From: Piedraia hortae CBS 480.64
Lineage: Eukaryota
NCBI GenBank assembly: GCA_010093745.1
Contig: MU005980.1
Span: forward strand, 149,440 to 213,439
Direction of reading: 5' to 3'
Length of the DNA: 64,000 nucleotides
The translations under genes and the position numbers were made by a program. The notes below the pieces were generated by a model. The model searched no databases, was not told the origin of the DNA, and saw only the letters and a program-made list of their open reading frames with translations. Positions 36,075 through 46,709 of this stretch are shown here, in pieces. How positions within the stretch are numbered: the stretch's first letter is position 1; every line of letters starts with the position of its first letter.

Positions 36075-37618
36075 TCATAAAGGAAAGACATTCTCATAGC
36101 CCTCGTTTCCAAAGGCGAATTTATTCTTGGACGAATAGTCGTCAAAAACCTGTTTGACATGATCCTTGTCCACGACCATTCCGTTCTCCGAGCATTTGGC
36201 CTTGGTTCTCAAGTCTTTACACAAATCATTGATATCCAGATCATCGGACTTGATTGAATTTATTTTTTGCCTTTAGTTTCAATACCGTTAGCATGCGATA
36301 AACGGAGCAAGTGCGGGGGTAAAGAAAGGGAAGTCCTACAAGATCTGCTCGCAAGAAACAAAATTCTCGCGATTATCTAACCGGCTTTTCAGCTCTGGGT
36401 GGCGGGGCTTTTGCTCGTCGATGAGGCCGTCGCGCGCCTTGTCAACTTGGCTGATAAGATCGGCACTTGGCGCCGAAGGCATACTTGGCAGCGCGCCATT
36501 GAAGATATCGCTTTGGTAGAGCGGTAACGCATTGATGGCGGGATCGTCCCAGTTATAGTTACTCAAGGCAAGGTCGAAGTTCAGGTCTTGCTTCGGGTCA
36601 CGGTAGTTAGCGAAGAGCGCGGGGTCGAAGGAGTCGAGAGAAGGAACGTGAAAGTCATCAATTGTTGCATCAACGGGGGCTGCTGTCGGTGTGTGCTTGA
36701 CATACGGCGTCGCAGGACCGTTCTCACCAGGATTGCTGATCCCGGTGGGGCATTCGGAGAGCGACTCCCGACGAGAATCGTCCGAGGAGCTGTTCCCGCG
36801 TGATTTTAGTGTACCATCTTGATGAGGGCTCTTGTCGTTTGAAACATCATGGTAAGAGTCGTCGTGGAAGGCTTCATCTACGAAGAGCTCCAGGAACTCG
36901 CCAGTCGAGCCGAGAGATTGTTTGTGGCTGCCGGTTTCGGGAACTGTCACAACTGGTGGATAAGCAAGGTCCTGGAAATCACCAGTTGGATCAGCAAAGT
37001 TTAAATGGCTGTCTGGCACCTGTTCTCCAAAGTACTGATCCAAGTTCAAGTCTGGGAATGGCAGGAAGCCCCCATTTTCAGAGTAAGAGTGCGGCCTCGA
37101 AGCGGCCGAGGTAGGGCTTTGAAGGGGCAGTGATCGCCGTTTATACTCATTGAGCTCATCTTTTAAAGACTTGACCTGAGCCACAAGCGCCTCATTAACC
37201 CGTACATCATTTTCATGCAGTTTAGTAAGCTCCGCAATTTGGGATTCGAGGTTCTTCAGATGGTTCTCTTTGCGTTCTCGAAACGCCCGTTGAGCTGCTC
37301 TGTTCTGGGCCTTTCGTTTCTTCCCGGGCGTTAACTCGTAAGCTAATGGTGAACCGTGGTACTTACCGTTGCGGGGACGTCCGTCTGAGGCTTCCTGCCG
37401 GGCTTCTTTGAGACCTTAGCAACCCCCTGTGTGTCTTGGCGCTTGATGCTTCCGCCATCTCCACTGACATGATCTCCAAGGCTCTTTCTCTTCTTGTGAC
37501 CAGCCTCGACGCTGGAAGTGTTCACGAGGCTGCTGGTATCACCGTTGAGGAAGTCAAAAGAACTCAAATCCTCAGCAAAGTTACCATCATGCAGATGTAA
37601 CGATACGTCTTGTTCCAT
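36075..37618 (-). CDS. YAP1: AP-1-like bZIP oxidative-stress transcription factor, two introns
   Basis: KKPGRKP..T|KRKAQNRAAQRAFRERKENHLKNLE bZIP; C-terminal Cys-rich domain CEQI...DLDINDLCKDLRTKAKCSENG. Confidence 0.9.
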
Positions 37619-37807
37619 GGAGCAACCTCCGACCAAGGGGTGAAAAAGTGAGTGCGGGGTTGATCCGTGTTCGTGGGTGGGAGATCGACAGGGCTGTGAC
37701 GTGTCAAGGTTGGCAGGTCCAAAGATGATTAGCGCTCCAAAAGAGACTAGTACACGGCGCTAATCAGTAGCGCTGCAACCTCACCTCTTGTCGTCGCCGC
37801 CACAAAC

Positions 37808-38668
37808 ATGAATATTCGCGAGTTGGAAGAGCAGTTAGCCAAGGCGCAAGAGGATGTCGGGGTGTGCAAGACCATGTTGGAGCTGGAACCAGATGATGCC
37901 GACGCCAAGGAGACGCTGGCGTCGGTGGAGGAGTTGGTAGCGGATCTTCAAGCGCAGCTGGATGCTGCCAGAGCAGCCACCCCTCCACCGCCGCCTGCGT
38001 TACCGCCTCCGCCACCCCCATCCGTCCCAAAATACGATATGAAGCAGCATCCTAAGTTCCGCGACGCGCCGTCGCCACCGCCGCCGCCGCCTCCGCCTGA
38101 AGACACTGGCTTCAACGTCAAGGACGCGGTCATGGCCAAGTGGACGGAGGATAAACAGTGGTACCAGGCGACCGTGGTGGGCAAGACGGGCAGCGCGCAC
38201 GATCCCATCTATACGGTCAAGTTCAGGGGCTATGGCAATACGGAGACGAAGCGGAAGCACGAGATCCGCGCCTACCATTCTACTGATAATAAAAAGCGCA
38301 AGGCTGACGGTTCGCCAGTAGTTGTATCTGCATCGCCGGCGCAGTTCCGGCCGCACGTCATATCCGCGGCGCCTGCTGTTGACCGTAACCTCGTAGAGCA
38401 GCGTCGAGAGCCGAGCAAGGTGACAGACGGTCCAGCCCGTCTCCCGCCCGAGCCCAAGCGACTCAAAGGCAACAAGGCTCTGGAGAAAGGCAAGGCAAAT
38501 TGGCAGGCATGGAATACCAAGCGGCCCGGAAAGGCTGGGTTGCCCAAGCGGGATAGCATGTTCCGCACCCCCGACCTTCCAAACGCCAAAGTCGGCTTCA
38601 CAGGCTCCGGAAAGCCGATGAAAAAAGACGCCGCACGGAAGAGATGGGAGTACGACCAAGAGGACTAA
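37808..38668 (+). CDS. SPF30: Splicing factor SPF30/SMNDC1 (Tudor)
   Basis: N-terminal helical hairpin, VMAKWTEDKQWYQA..YTVKFRGYGNTE Tudor domain, SMFRTPD..AKVGFTGSGKPM. Confidence 0.88.
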   Translation: MNIRELEEQLAKAQEDVGVCKTMLELEPDDADAKETLASVEELVADLQAQLDAARAATPPPPPALPPPPPPSVPKYDMKQHPKFRDAPSPPPPPPPPEDTGFNVKDAVMAKWTEDKQWYQATVVGKTGSAHDPIYTVKFRGYGNTETKRKHEIRAYHSTDNKKRKADGSPVVVSASPAQFRPHVISAAPAVDRNLVEQRREPSKVTDGPARLPPEPKRLKGNKALEKGKANWQAWNTKRPGKAGLPKRDSMFRTPDLPNAKVGFTGSGKPMKKDAARKRWEYDQED

Positions 38669-38881
38669 GCCGGAAAGTATTCCCTTAACCCGAGTGTGAC
38701 TACGCTAGCCCCTCATAGATGATCGTAATCGGACTACATTAACGTACAACTACCCATGCATCAGCAGATAACATACAGCCCAGCCATGCAAATGCTTTTA
38801 CCATTTCAATCTATAAGCCAAGTAAGAAGAGATGGACCCCTGCCCCCAAAACTCCGCGCTGTATGATTCACATGTGTAGTT

Positions 38882-41086
38882 TTATAAGACATCTCCCGCC
38901 GGAAATATGAATGGTTCGTCGTCTTCTTCTACCCTGTTGCTAGAAGAGCCTTCAGATTCTGCGTCAGCGCTGCGTCTGGGATCCTCGATAATGGAGTGTG
39001 TAGAGAGGCGGGAGCGCACGACGGGCTGGTGCGGGAGTCCTCCACGCGATGGTGATGCAGAAATGGAGAGACCTGGCACGTTGCTCAGACGGCGCGAGGG
39101 CGGTGTGATGCTGTTGCTGCCTTGCCCCAAGTGTGATGCACTCAGATCGTCGGCCAAAGCCCCGGCCGGATCTCGCAGACTGGCGTACCGGGACAGGTTG
39201 ACCGTGTTGCTGCTTCGAGCAGCGGTTGGTCGCGTTAAAGCGTGTTGTTTCACTGCACTGCTTTCCAACATGCTGACGTAGTCTGCAATATCCTCACCAT
39301 CACTCTGTCCAGCCGAGCTCGTTCCCGTCACTTGGTCAGAGCTGCCACCGCTTCCTCCCGATCGGTTGCCCAAGCCAGTCATTTGGTTAGACAGTGGCCG
39401 CCTAGGACGATTGCTGAAGCTGCTGTTGTAGCGATGCACGGGCGTTGGCCTAGAGTTGCTAGATCCACCTGACGATGCGACAGCCGTGTCTACTGATGGA
39501 CATGATGGTCTAGGTGGTGACCTGAGCTGTGGCTTATTATCCACAGACACTGGCCGTGATCCGGCATCGTAATTTGCCGAAGTGTACCTCCGTGCCATAT
39601 CCTGACTTAATCGGTGCGCAGTGGTTGGCGAGTCCCCAAGCGATCCTGCCTTGAAGACGCCACGGGTGATCAACTTCCGCTTTTCATACGAATTGCCTCC
39701 TACCGGCTCTGAAACCGGCTGCGAAGTCGGGCGATCCATGTCCTGGCCAGACAACCGGTGGATGTTGAGTGGTGAGTATCGCTTTTCCGCTGCGCGAAAG
39801 GTACCTAAGCTGCCGTAACCGCCAGACTTGGGGCGATATGGATATGCCAGTGTATCGCTGTCGTCAGAGAGTCGCGCAGTATCTGACTGGCGAGAGTTTG
39901 ATGTTCGCGTCCCGGGCGCCGATCGGCCAAATACTGTTGGCTGTGCAGGCATATATTGATCGCGACTTAAAAATCGAGAAGATAAAAGCGCCTCAGAGTC
40001 CACGGCCTGGAAACTGACGCTGAGCCGGTAATCTACCCTGCAGTGCAGTCGTCCTGCGGGTGTAACCAGAGGCACGATTGCGTGGGTTCCGAGAACTGGT
40101 TTACCGTGTTCGTCGCCGTGCGCAGGCGGAATGTGCGAAGATTCGTGGGGACAAAGTGGTGTCAAGAGCGGATCCGGCCGTCGTGCGTTGCTGTCAAACC
40201 CACCGGGCCGCACACGATATTTTAGTTTGAAACTTTGCTGACTTCCGGCCTGTCGCCCAATTCGTCGGAAGAGCTTCCACGCAGGTAAGTGGTGGATGAG
40301 CGTGTCCAGGGCACGGAACATAACCACACCCTTTTTATAGACGATATGCAGCTGTTGGTTTAGTTCGTCCGGTGTGAGGTCAGATTTAGACCCCAGCCGT
40401 AGCGTCCAGCGTTCAAGAACGACTTCGAGTGGTTCAGTAGTGGGAAAGGCTGAGGTAGATAGCGCATCAGCAACGTCCCACCGTTTGCCAAACTCATCAA
40501 CCAAGACCAGGGATTGACTATGAGGCAGTCCGGTCGTGTCTATGTAGACCTCGATAACCAACGGTGGGGGTCGGCTCTCCGCCAGATCTGCACGCTTCCA
40601 AGTCTGGAGAACATCCAGAAGTACACTGGAATCTTCCATGATTATATTAAACTATTGAAGGTCAGTCGAGTTTCACCACGCAGGTTAGTTTCGCATTGAA
40701 GTTGGGGATTCGGTGAGCGGTTTTCCATCCAACGAGTCTAGAACTTACCCAACGATTTAGTTTCACTTCTCCAGTCGGTGTGCGCAAGATTGGCAGCACC
40801 GCTCGCGCAGAGCAAATCAGCAGCGCAGCCTTTGTGTGAAAGTTCTACATTCGTTAATCACGCCGCTTTTCTTCAAGTTTTGCCAGCATACCGAGATAAT
40901 CTGATTGAGCTTTGCAGCCTCGCGATCACGGTCGCCGCTCAGACCGGCCGAACTCATTGCGCGGGGACGAGCTTCAACTTCCTCTCGATCTCTGTATAGT
41001 GATGAATCTATGCTGGAGCGTCTCCGCTCTGGTGTGGCAGCCTCAGCCTGTTTCTGAGGCGCGAAGTTCCAAAGCGGATGCGGCAT
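38882..41086 (-). CDS. ATG13: Autophagy protein Atg13 (HORMA + disordered tail), two 5' introns
   Basis: AKLNQII|..., WFNI, RPPPLVIEVYID, VVLERW, YKKGVVMFRAL..LPAWK, VDYR, FKAGSL, DDEPFIF. Confidence 0.9.
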
Positions 41087-42330
41087 TCTTGCGGAGTCGA
41101 GTGAGTGGTTGGGGTGTGATTGAGCAGTGCTACGGTCGGTATATGGAGTTCGAAGTTGACCCACTTGAGATTTGCCCCATGATCATGATTAGCAATCTCT
41201 CTTCCGAGGAGCCAGATGGAAGAGAAATGTCAGTCTTTTCGAATCACAAAGGAATGATGATCCTAGGAAGTCATATCTGCCTGTTCACAATGCAAACAGT
41301 AACTAGAGGTGGCAAAAGGTGGGTTTTGTGGGATGTTGCACGACCCCGGGTTCTCGCAGGGGAGGGGAACTTGGGTCGAGTGCTTGATACTCGAACACTT
41401 TGGGCGATTTCAAGGAGCGAAGCTTGGCGGTGTAGAAGCAGAACGAGATAGGTGTGTAAGAGTGGCAAGCAAGCAGGCGGTGAGGTGATATCTATGGGGG
41501 CGACCAAACGTTGAATCACGGGAGTCCGTGCAGCTGATAGGTACTCGAAAGTCCGGTCCGGCTCGATCCGTTCGGCGCAGTCCGGGTGTTAGTCTAGATC
41601 TCGCAATCCGGTGACGTTTTTATCCGAGCGACAGGCTGTCACTCGACCGAATCACGCATGTGCTTTACGAGGCGTCACTTTCCTCCCTGAACTATCCCAG
41701 TCACATTACTGCGAAATTGTCGGCAGTCTCCTGCATATCCCAACAGGTGGTCCCTTAATAATCAATGGCTGACCAGGATCTTGATCTGGTCCAAAAAGCA
41801 GCTGCTTTAAGTTATCATGGCGGTCGCTCTCACAGCTATAAACCAGGTAGTTTGCAGGAGTGAACTAAGCCATGTGCGGCTCAAGTTCACCCCTGCATCA
41901 GGATGTAATGATATTCGCACAGAAAAGCAGCACGTTCCCTTGCTCTCAACCAGAGCCTGGTTGCCTCGCACGATTTTCCACTGTAGCGGACAACAATGAA
42001 AGGGAATGCCGGCGGCTTCGGTACACAAGTGAAAGTGGGTCCATGATGATGCCCCCGGGTGTTGAGTATAACACTGACTCATGGGCGCCGTAAAAACACT
42101 TGCCAGCTCGGGCGTTTGTCTCTATTGTCCAGAAGCAGCTGAAAGTCATATCTCATGTACGCTGACGCATCGCGATGAGGGGTCCCATCAGTGTTCAGTT
42201 TAGACTATTTACATGCAAATTTATCAGTTGGGTATCTTTCCCATAACTATGTCCCATATCCAATCCCTATTTCCAATCATGCGCCTCGGTCCATGCATTT
42301 TCCCTTGAGCAACAACATGCAAAGACAAGA

Positions 42331-42492
42331 TTAAGCTTCCGCAATCAAGATCGAATGGCTACTCGACGACGTTGAGGAGCCTAGTTCTTTGGCCCCGGTG
42401 GGTCTTGTGAGCATCCATATGCCGATTCCGAACAGCGTAAGAAGCACGAATATGAGCACGATAATGAGAAAGATGACTAGGTTGCGGTGCAT
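42331..42492 (-). CDS. 53-aa single-TM small protein
   Basis: MHRNLVIFLIIVLIFVLLTLFGIGIWMLTRP.. with a Ser-rich tail. Confidence 0.5.
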   Translation of the reverse strand: MHRNLVIFLIIVLIFVLLTLFGIGIWMLTRPTGAKELGSSTSSSSHSILIAEA

Positions 42493-43158
42493 CGTGGAGT
42501 TATGTGACAGGCGTTGACAAGCGGGGTCGCCTGGCTGACTTGGGTTTAGAGCGTCGGGTGAGAAGATGGTTTTCTTCGATAGAGGCGTGCAGGCTTTTTG
42601 GAGAGATTTTGGATTCGTGTCTGTGGAATGAAGAGGAGGAGATAGCGAAAGAGAATGGTTCTGGTTTTGATATGGTGAGAAAAGTAGATGGTTGGGGTTG
42701 GTGGCTGGCTGGCTGGGTAGCAGCGTCTGCTGCGCTGGGCAACGGGCTGACATTAGCAGGGATGATTCTCACCTGAGCGTTAGAATATTTTTTCTCATTT
42801 CGCATTCGCGGTAGAGGAACCCGTCATGCTACATTGTCATTGTCCAAAGGAAACTACGGGCCAAGCTTGTTACGTTTGCGACCGACGGGTTCGTCTACAG
42901 GCAGAAATCTCCCTCTGCGACGGTGCGTCGGCACATGTGAAACATGAGAAACAGTACATCAATTGCGCACCACACTGGTGAAAGGCATTTGCAACTACAG
43001 GTCGTGGCAAGTCTATTGATGGGAGATTGTTTGTGAACGTGATCGTTGATGGCGCCGCCCCACCCCACTGTGATATGTGTCGGCTTAGTAAGACGAGATC
43101 GATGACGTACTGGCACAAGTGGCGGCGAAGAGCTTGACGGCAAAGAGTTGCGTTGCCA

Positions 43159-43780
43159 ATGCGATATTCATTGCTACGAGTCTTTATTAGATCACTATAC
43201 ACCCTCACGCCGGGCTTCAAGCGAATCGCGCCCAATCCCATCAACGCCGTATCAGCTCGGCCAATTCGGTCCATCACACTGCCGTTCTGGAGCGCTCTCT
43301 TCCATACAGCCGAAAGCCGCAAGATGAGCTACCCGGTAAAGAAGAGCGATGCGGAGTGGCAAGCCCAGCTGTCTTCAGGTAAGTTTTTTGGACGAGAAGA
43401 ACCAGCACGGCTAACGCTGCGCAGAGCAGTTCCGAGTGCTGCGCCAACAGGGCACTGAGGCTCCGTACACGGGCGAGTACGACAAACACTTCCCAGAAAA
43501 GGGCGTGTACACGTGTGCAGCATGCCAAGCACCTCTGTACACGGCGAATCAGAAGTTCAAGAGCGGCTGCGGGTGGCCGGCCTTCTTCGACACCGTCCCC
43601 GGTGCGGTGACGCGGCACACGGACAGCTCATTTGGCATGGAGCGCACTGAGATAGTGTGTAGCAACTGTGGAAGTCACCTGGGCCACGTGTTCAAGGGTG
43701 AGGGGTATCCGACGCCGACAGACGAACGACACTGCGTCAACAGTGTCAGTCTGAAGTTCTCCGACGATTCGGAACGGTAA
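43159..43780 (+). CDS. MXR2: Methionine-R-sulfoxide reductase MsrB (intron 43379-43425; second ATG 43324)
   Basis: QFRVLRQQGTEAPYTG, CAAC, GCGWPAF, RTEIVCSNCGSHLGHVF, RHCVNS. Confidence 0.95.
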
Positions 43781-43858
43781 TAAGGCAGGCAGCCAGGAAC
43801 AACGGGGTTCGTAGATCTGTAACTGCGGTGAAACACGGTGTCTCCCACGACACCGACA

Positions 43859-46447
43859 ATGTCAGGACAGTCCCCAATGCCGTCTGCGCTCCGCCAGAGC
43901 CAAGGTGCCATGCCGCAAACAGCCGGGTCGGAAACAGATGACCACTCGGGCCTCGTGTCACGAAAGCCCAGCGATGTCGCTCTTGACGTCCCTGGCCCGC
44001 CGTCTCTCAGTCATCGCCTCAGCCTTGATAGCTCGGTACTGGCGGTGGTGGTGGGTGACGACGATGATCTGTATGCGGGCATGCAGAGCGGCAATATTGT
44101 AGTCTACAGCTTACGTACGTACCAGCAGAAAGCGGTGATTAAAGGCCACAACGGCAGTGTCCTGGGCCTTTGTCTGGCGCCGGGCTTGCTGATCTCCAGC
44201 GCCAGCGACCGCGTGGTCAACATATGGCGAACGCGCGACTGGAAGCGCCAGTGGTCGCTGCACTCGCCCTATGACATGGGCGATGTCTTCTGCGTCGCCT
44301 TCTCGCAGTCGCTGCATACGGTGTACATGGGCTGCCAGAATACCATGATTCAGTGGTGCAACCTTGCCGGCAGCCGCCAGACGCAGCCGAGGGCGGCGCG
44401 GCCGGTCGATGGCTTCTTCAATTCGACCGGGCCTGGCCAGCTCAAACCGCGCCCCAGTCGCAGCAACCTCGTGCCAGAGCACGCACGCGGTGGCGAGATC
44501 ATCGACATTGCAAAGGAGAATGTGCGGCAGTTTGCTCACCATGGCTTCGTCTATTGCATGCAGTTGGTCGGGGACGGCATACCAGAGTTTGCCGGCCAGG
44601 AAGTCCTCGTCTCTGCGGGCGGTGATGGGTCTGTCAAGTTCTGGAGGTTGGCCAGCGACCGAGACGGTGCCATCGAGGAGCTCTACCAGCTACCCGATGA
44701 TCGTGAAGAAGGCCACTCTGTTTTTTCCCTGGCTATTGACGGCACCTTTCTGTACGCCGGTCGAATGGACGGCGAGGTCGATGTGTGGGACCTGGAAACC
44801 AGACAGCTTGTCCGCAATATCAGGGCCCATAGTAGCCACGTTCTTTCTCTATCTGTCGGTGAGGGCTACATCTTCAGCGCCTCTGCGACGGGCTACGTGT
44901 GCAAGTTTGACCGCCAGCACGGCTTACAGTCTCGGTGGCAGGCGCACGACGGACGTAGCTTGTCTACGGCAGTGACCTTGAACCGCGGAAGACTTGTTTT
45001 TGTGACGGGTGGCAGCGATTGCACCTTGGCTGTATGGGATGCAGGCGACGGCGTTGCTTCCAAGAGGTTATCCACCAAGACCAGTAACGAGAAATTGCTG
45101 GAACTGCTTGGCCGATTCATCTCTTACCGTACAGTCTCGTCTGACGAGCGCTGCCAGGTCGACTGCAGGCGCGGTGCTTCATTCTTGCGATCGGTGTTCA
45201 AGAGCTTTGGTGCCACGACTGAGATGATGCCAGCTCCCAATTCACGCAATCCGGTCATCGTCGCAACTTTCAAGGGAAACCCTGCCACTGCTGGCGAGCG
45301 AAAGAGGATCATGTTTTACGGCCATTACGATGTTGTTGCCGCAGAAAACGCCTCGGGAAACTGGTCAACAGATCCCTTTGTTATGTCTGGAATCGATGGA
45401 TACCTTTATGGCCGTGGTGCAAGTGACAACAAGGGACCAATCATGGCTGCTATATTTGCCTGCGCTGAGCTTGCCAGTGAACAAGAACTGGGCTCGGATA
45501 TTGTCTTCATTGTAGAGGGCGAGGAGGAATGTGGTTCCCGGGGTTTTGAAGACGCCATTCGTGCTGGAAAAGACCGCATAGGTAATGTCGATTGGATTCT
45601 GCTCGCCAACAGCTATTGGCTTGACGACGGCATCCCATGCCTTACCTACGGTCTTCGTGGAGTCATTCATGCTACCGTGCAGATAGAGAGCGGCTCGGCA
45701 GACCTGCACAGCGGCGTTGACGGAAGCAGTCAGGCGGATGAAAGCTTGAAAGACCTCGTAATGCTGCTGGGAAAGCTCACAGGTAAACACGGCGAGGTCA
45801 AGTTGCCAGGATTCTACGATCCTATCCCGGACTTGACCGCAGAGGAGGGCGCACTGTACAAGGACATTACAGCGGCACTTATCCAGCATAATCCCAAGTC
45901 TGGCAATCCAGACACGCTCGCAAATTCCCTCATGAGGCGTTGGCGCGAGCCCAATCTCACCATCCACCGCTTCGAAACATCTGGCTCTACCAACACTTCA
46001 ATCATCCCTCGTCTGGCTAAAGCAGCCCTCTCTCTACGCCTTGTGCCTAACCAAGAATGTGACGTTGTGGCACGCTCTCTCAAGGAGTATCTCTGCTCCG
46101 AGTTTGCTGCCTTGGGCTCAAGAAACTCGCTACAAGTTACCATTGACCATGCGGCCGAGCCTTGGCTGGGTGATTGGAGGAATCAGGTCTTCCAGACTCT
46201 CGACGGAGCAATTGGCGAGGTTTGGGGCTGCAACGGACAGAACACTAGACCACTCTACATCCGTGAAGGTGGGTCCATCCCGGCCATACGCTTCTTGGAG
46301 AAGGAGTTCAATGCCCCGGCTGCTCAATTGCCCTGCGGCCAGGCCACGGATTCAGCACATTTGCACAACGAGAGGCTAAGGTTGATCAATCTGTACAACA
46401 GCAAGGAGATATTTAAGCGGGTGTTTAGGGAGTTGCCGGTCAGATAA
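43859..46447 (+). CDS. DUG2: WD40 + M20 metallopeptidase, glutathione-degradation subunit
   Basis: N-terminal WD repeats; FYGHYDVV, YGRGASDNKGP, EGEEE, DLHSG, REGGSIP, AHLHNER. Confidence 0.92.
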   Translation: MSGQSPMPSALRQSQGAMPQTAGSETDDHSGLVSRKPSDVALDVPGPPSLSHRLSLDSSVLAVVVGDDDDLYAGMQSGNIVVYSLRTYQQKAVIKGHNGSVLGLCLAPGLLISSASDRVVNIWRTRDWKRQWSLHSPYDMGDVFCVAFSQSLHTVYMGCQNTMIQWCNLAGSRQTQPRAARPVDGFFNSTGPGQLKPRPSRSNLVPEHARGGEIIDIAKENVRQFAHHGFVYCMQLVGDGIPEFAGQEVLVSAGGDGSVKFWRLASDRDGAIEELYQLPDDREEGHSVFSLAIDGTFLYAGRMDGEVDVWDLETRQLVRNIRAHSSHVLSLSVGEGYIFSASATGYVCKFDRQHGLQSRWQAHDGRSLSTAVTLNRGRLVFVTGGSDCTLAVWDAGDGVASKRLSTKTSNEKLLELLGRFISYRTVSSDERCQVDCRRGASFLRSVFKSFGATTEMMPAPNSRNPVIVATFKGNPATAGERKRIMFYGHYDVVAAENASGNWSTDPFVMSGIDGYLYGRGASDNKGPIMAAIFACAELASEQELGSDIVFIVEGEEECGSRGFEDAIRAGKDRIGNVDWILLANSYWLDDGIPCLTYGLRGVIHATVQIESGSADLHSGVDGSSQADESLKDLVMLLGKLTGKHGEVKLPGFYDPIPDLTAEEGALYKDITAALIQHNPKSGNPDTLANSLMRRWREPNLTIHRFETSGSTNTSIIPRLAKAALSLRLVPNQECDVVARSLKEYLCSEFAALGSRNSLQVTIDHAAEPWLGDWRNQVFQTLDGAIGEVWGCNGQNTRPLYIREGGSIPAIRFLEKEFNAPAAQLPCGQATDSAHLHNERLRLINLYNSKEIFKRVFRELPVR

Positions 46448-46709
46448 GAATGTGTTAGGCAGCGCATAGACAATAGTGTAGACTGAAAATGTTTTGAGCG
46501 GTTTGAAATATTCGACTCTGTGAAGCCAAGACGTCTCGCCCCGAGGCGCGATGCCGAAGCGGGGTATCACGTCCATCTCGCCCTGGGGTTTGAAGCCGCC
46601 GGGAGACTGGTTCGGCATTTTTTCCACCCATGGAGCCATCATTCAAGTCGTACAAGCGCACCTTTCTCGTCCGCGAATCCCAACTTCGTTTCCTGTTCAG
46701 TAGAGCATC

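Noticed and set aside
41895..42170. Possible C/D snoRNA (ATGATGA at 42043, several CTGA, 9-nt complement to 18S ACTCAACAC)
   Set aside because: The guide match is short enough to be chance and is not adjacent to a D box; it would need an Infernal/snoscan search.
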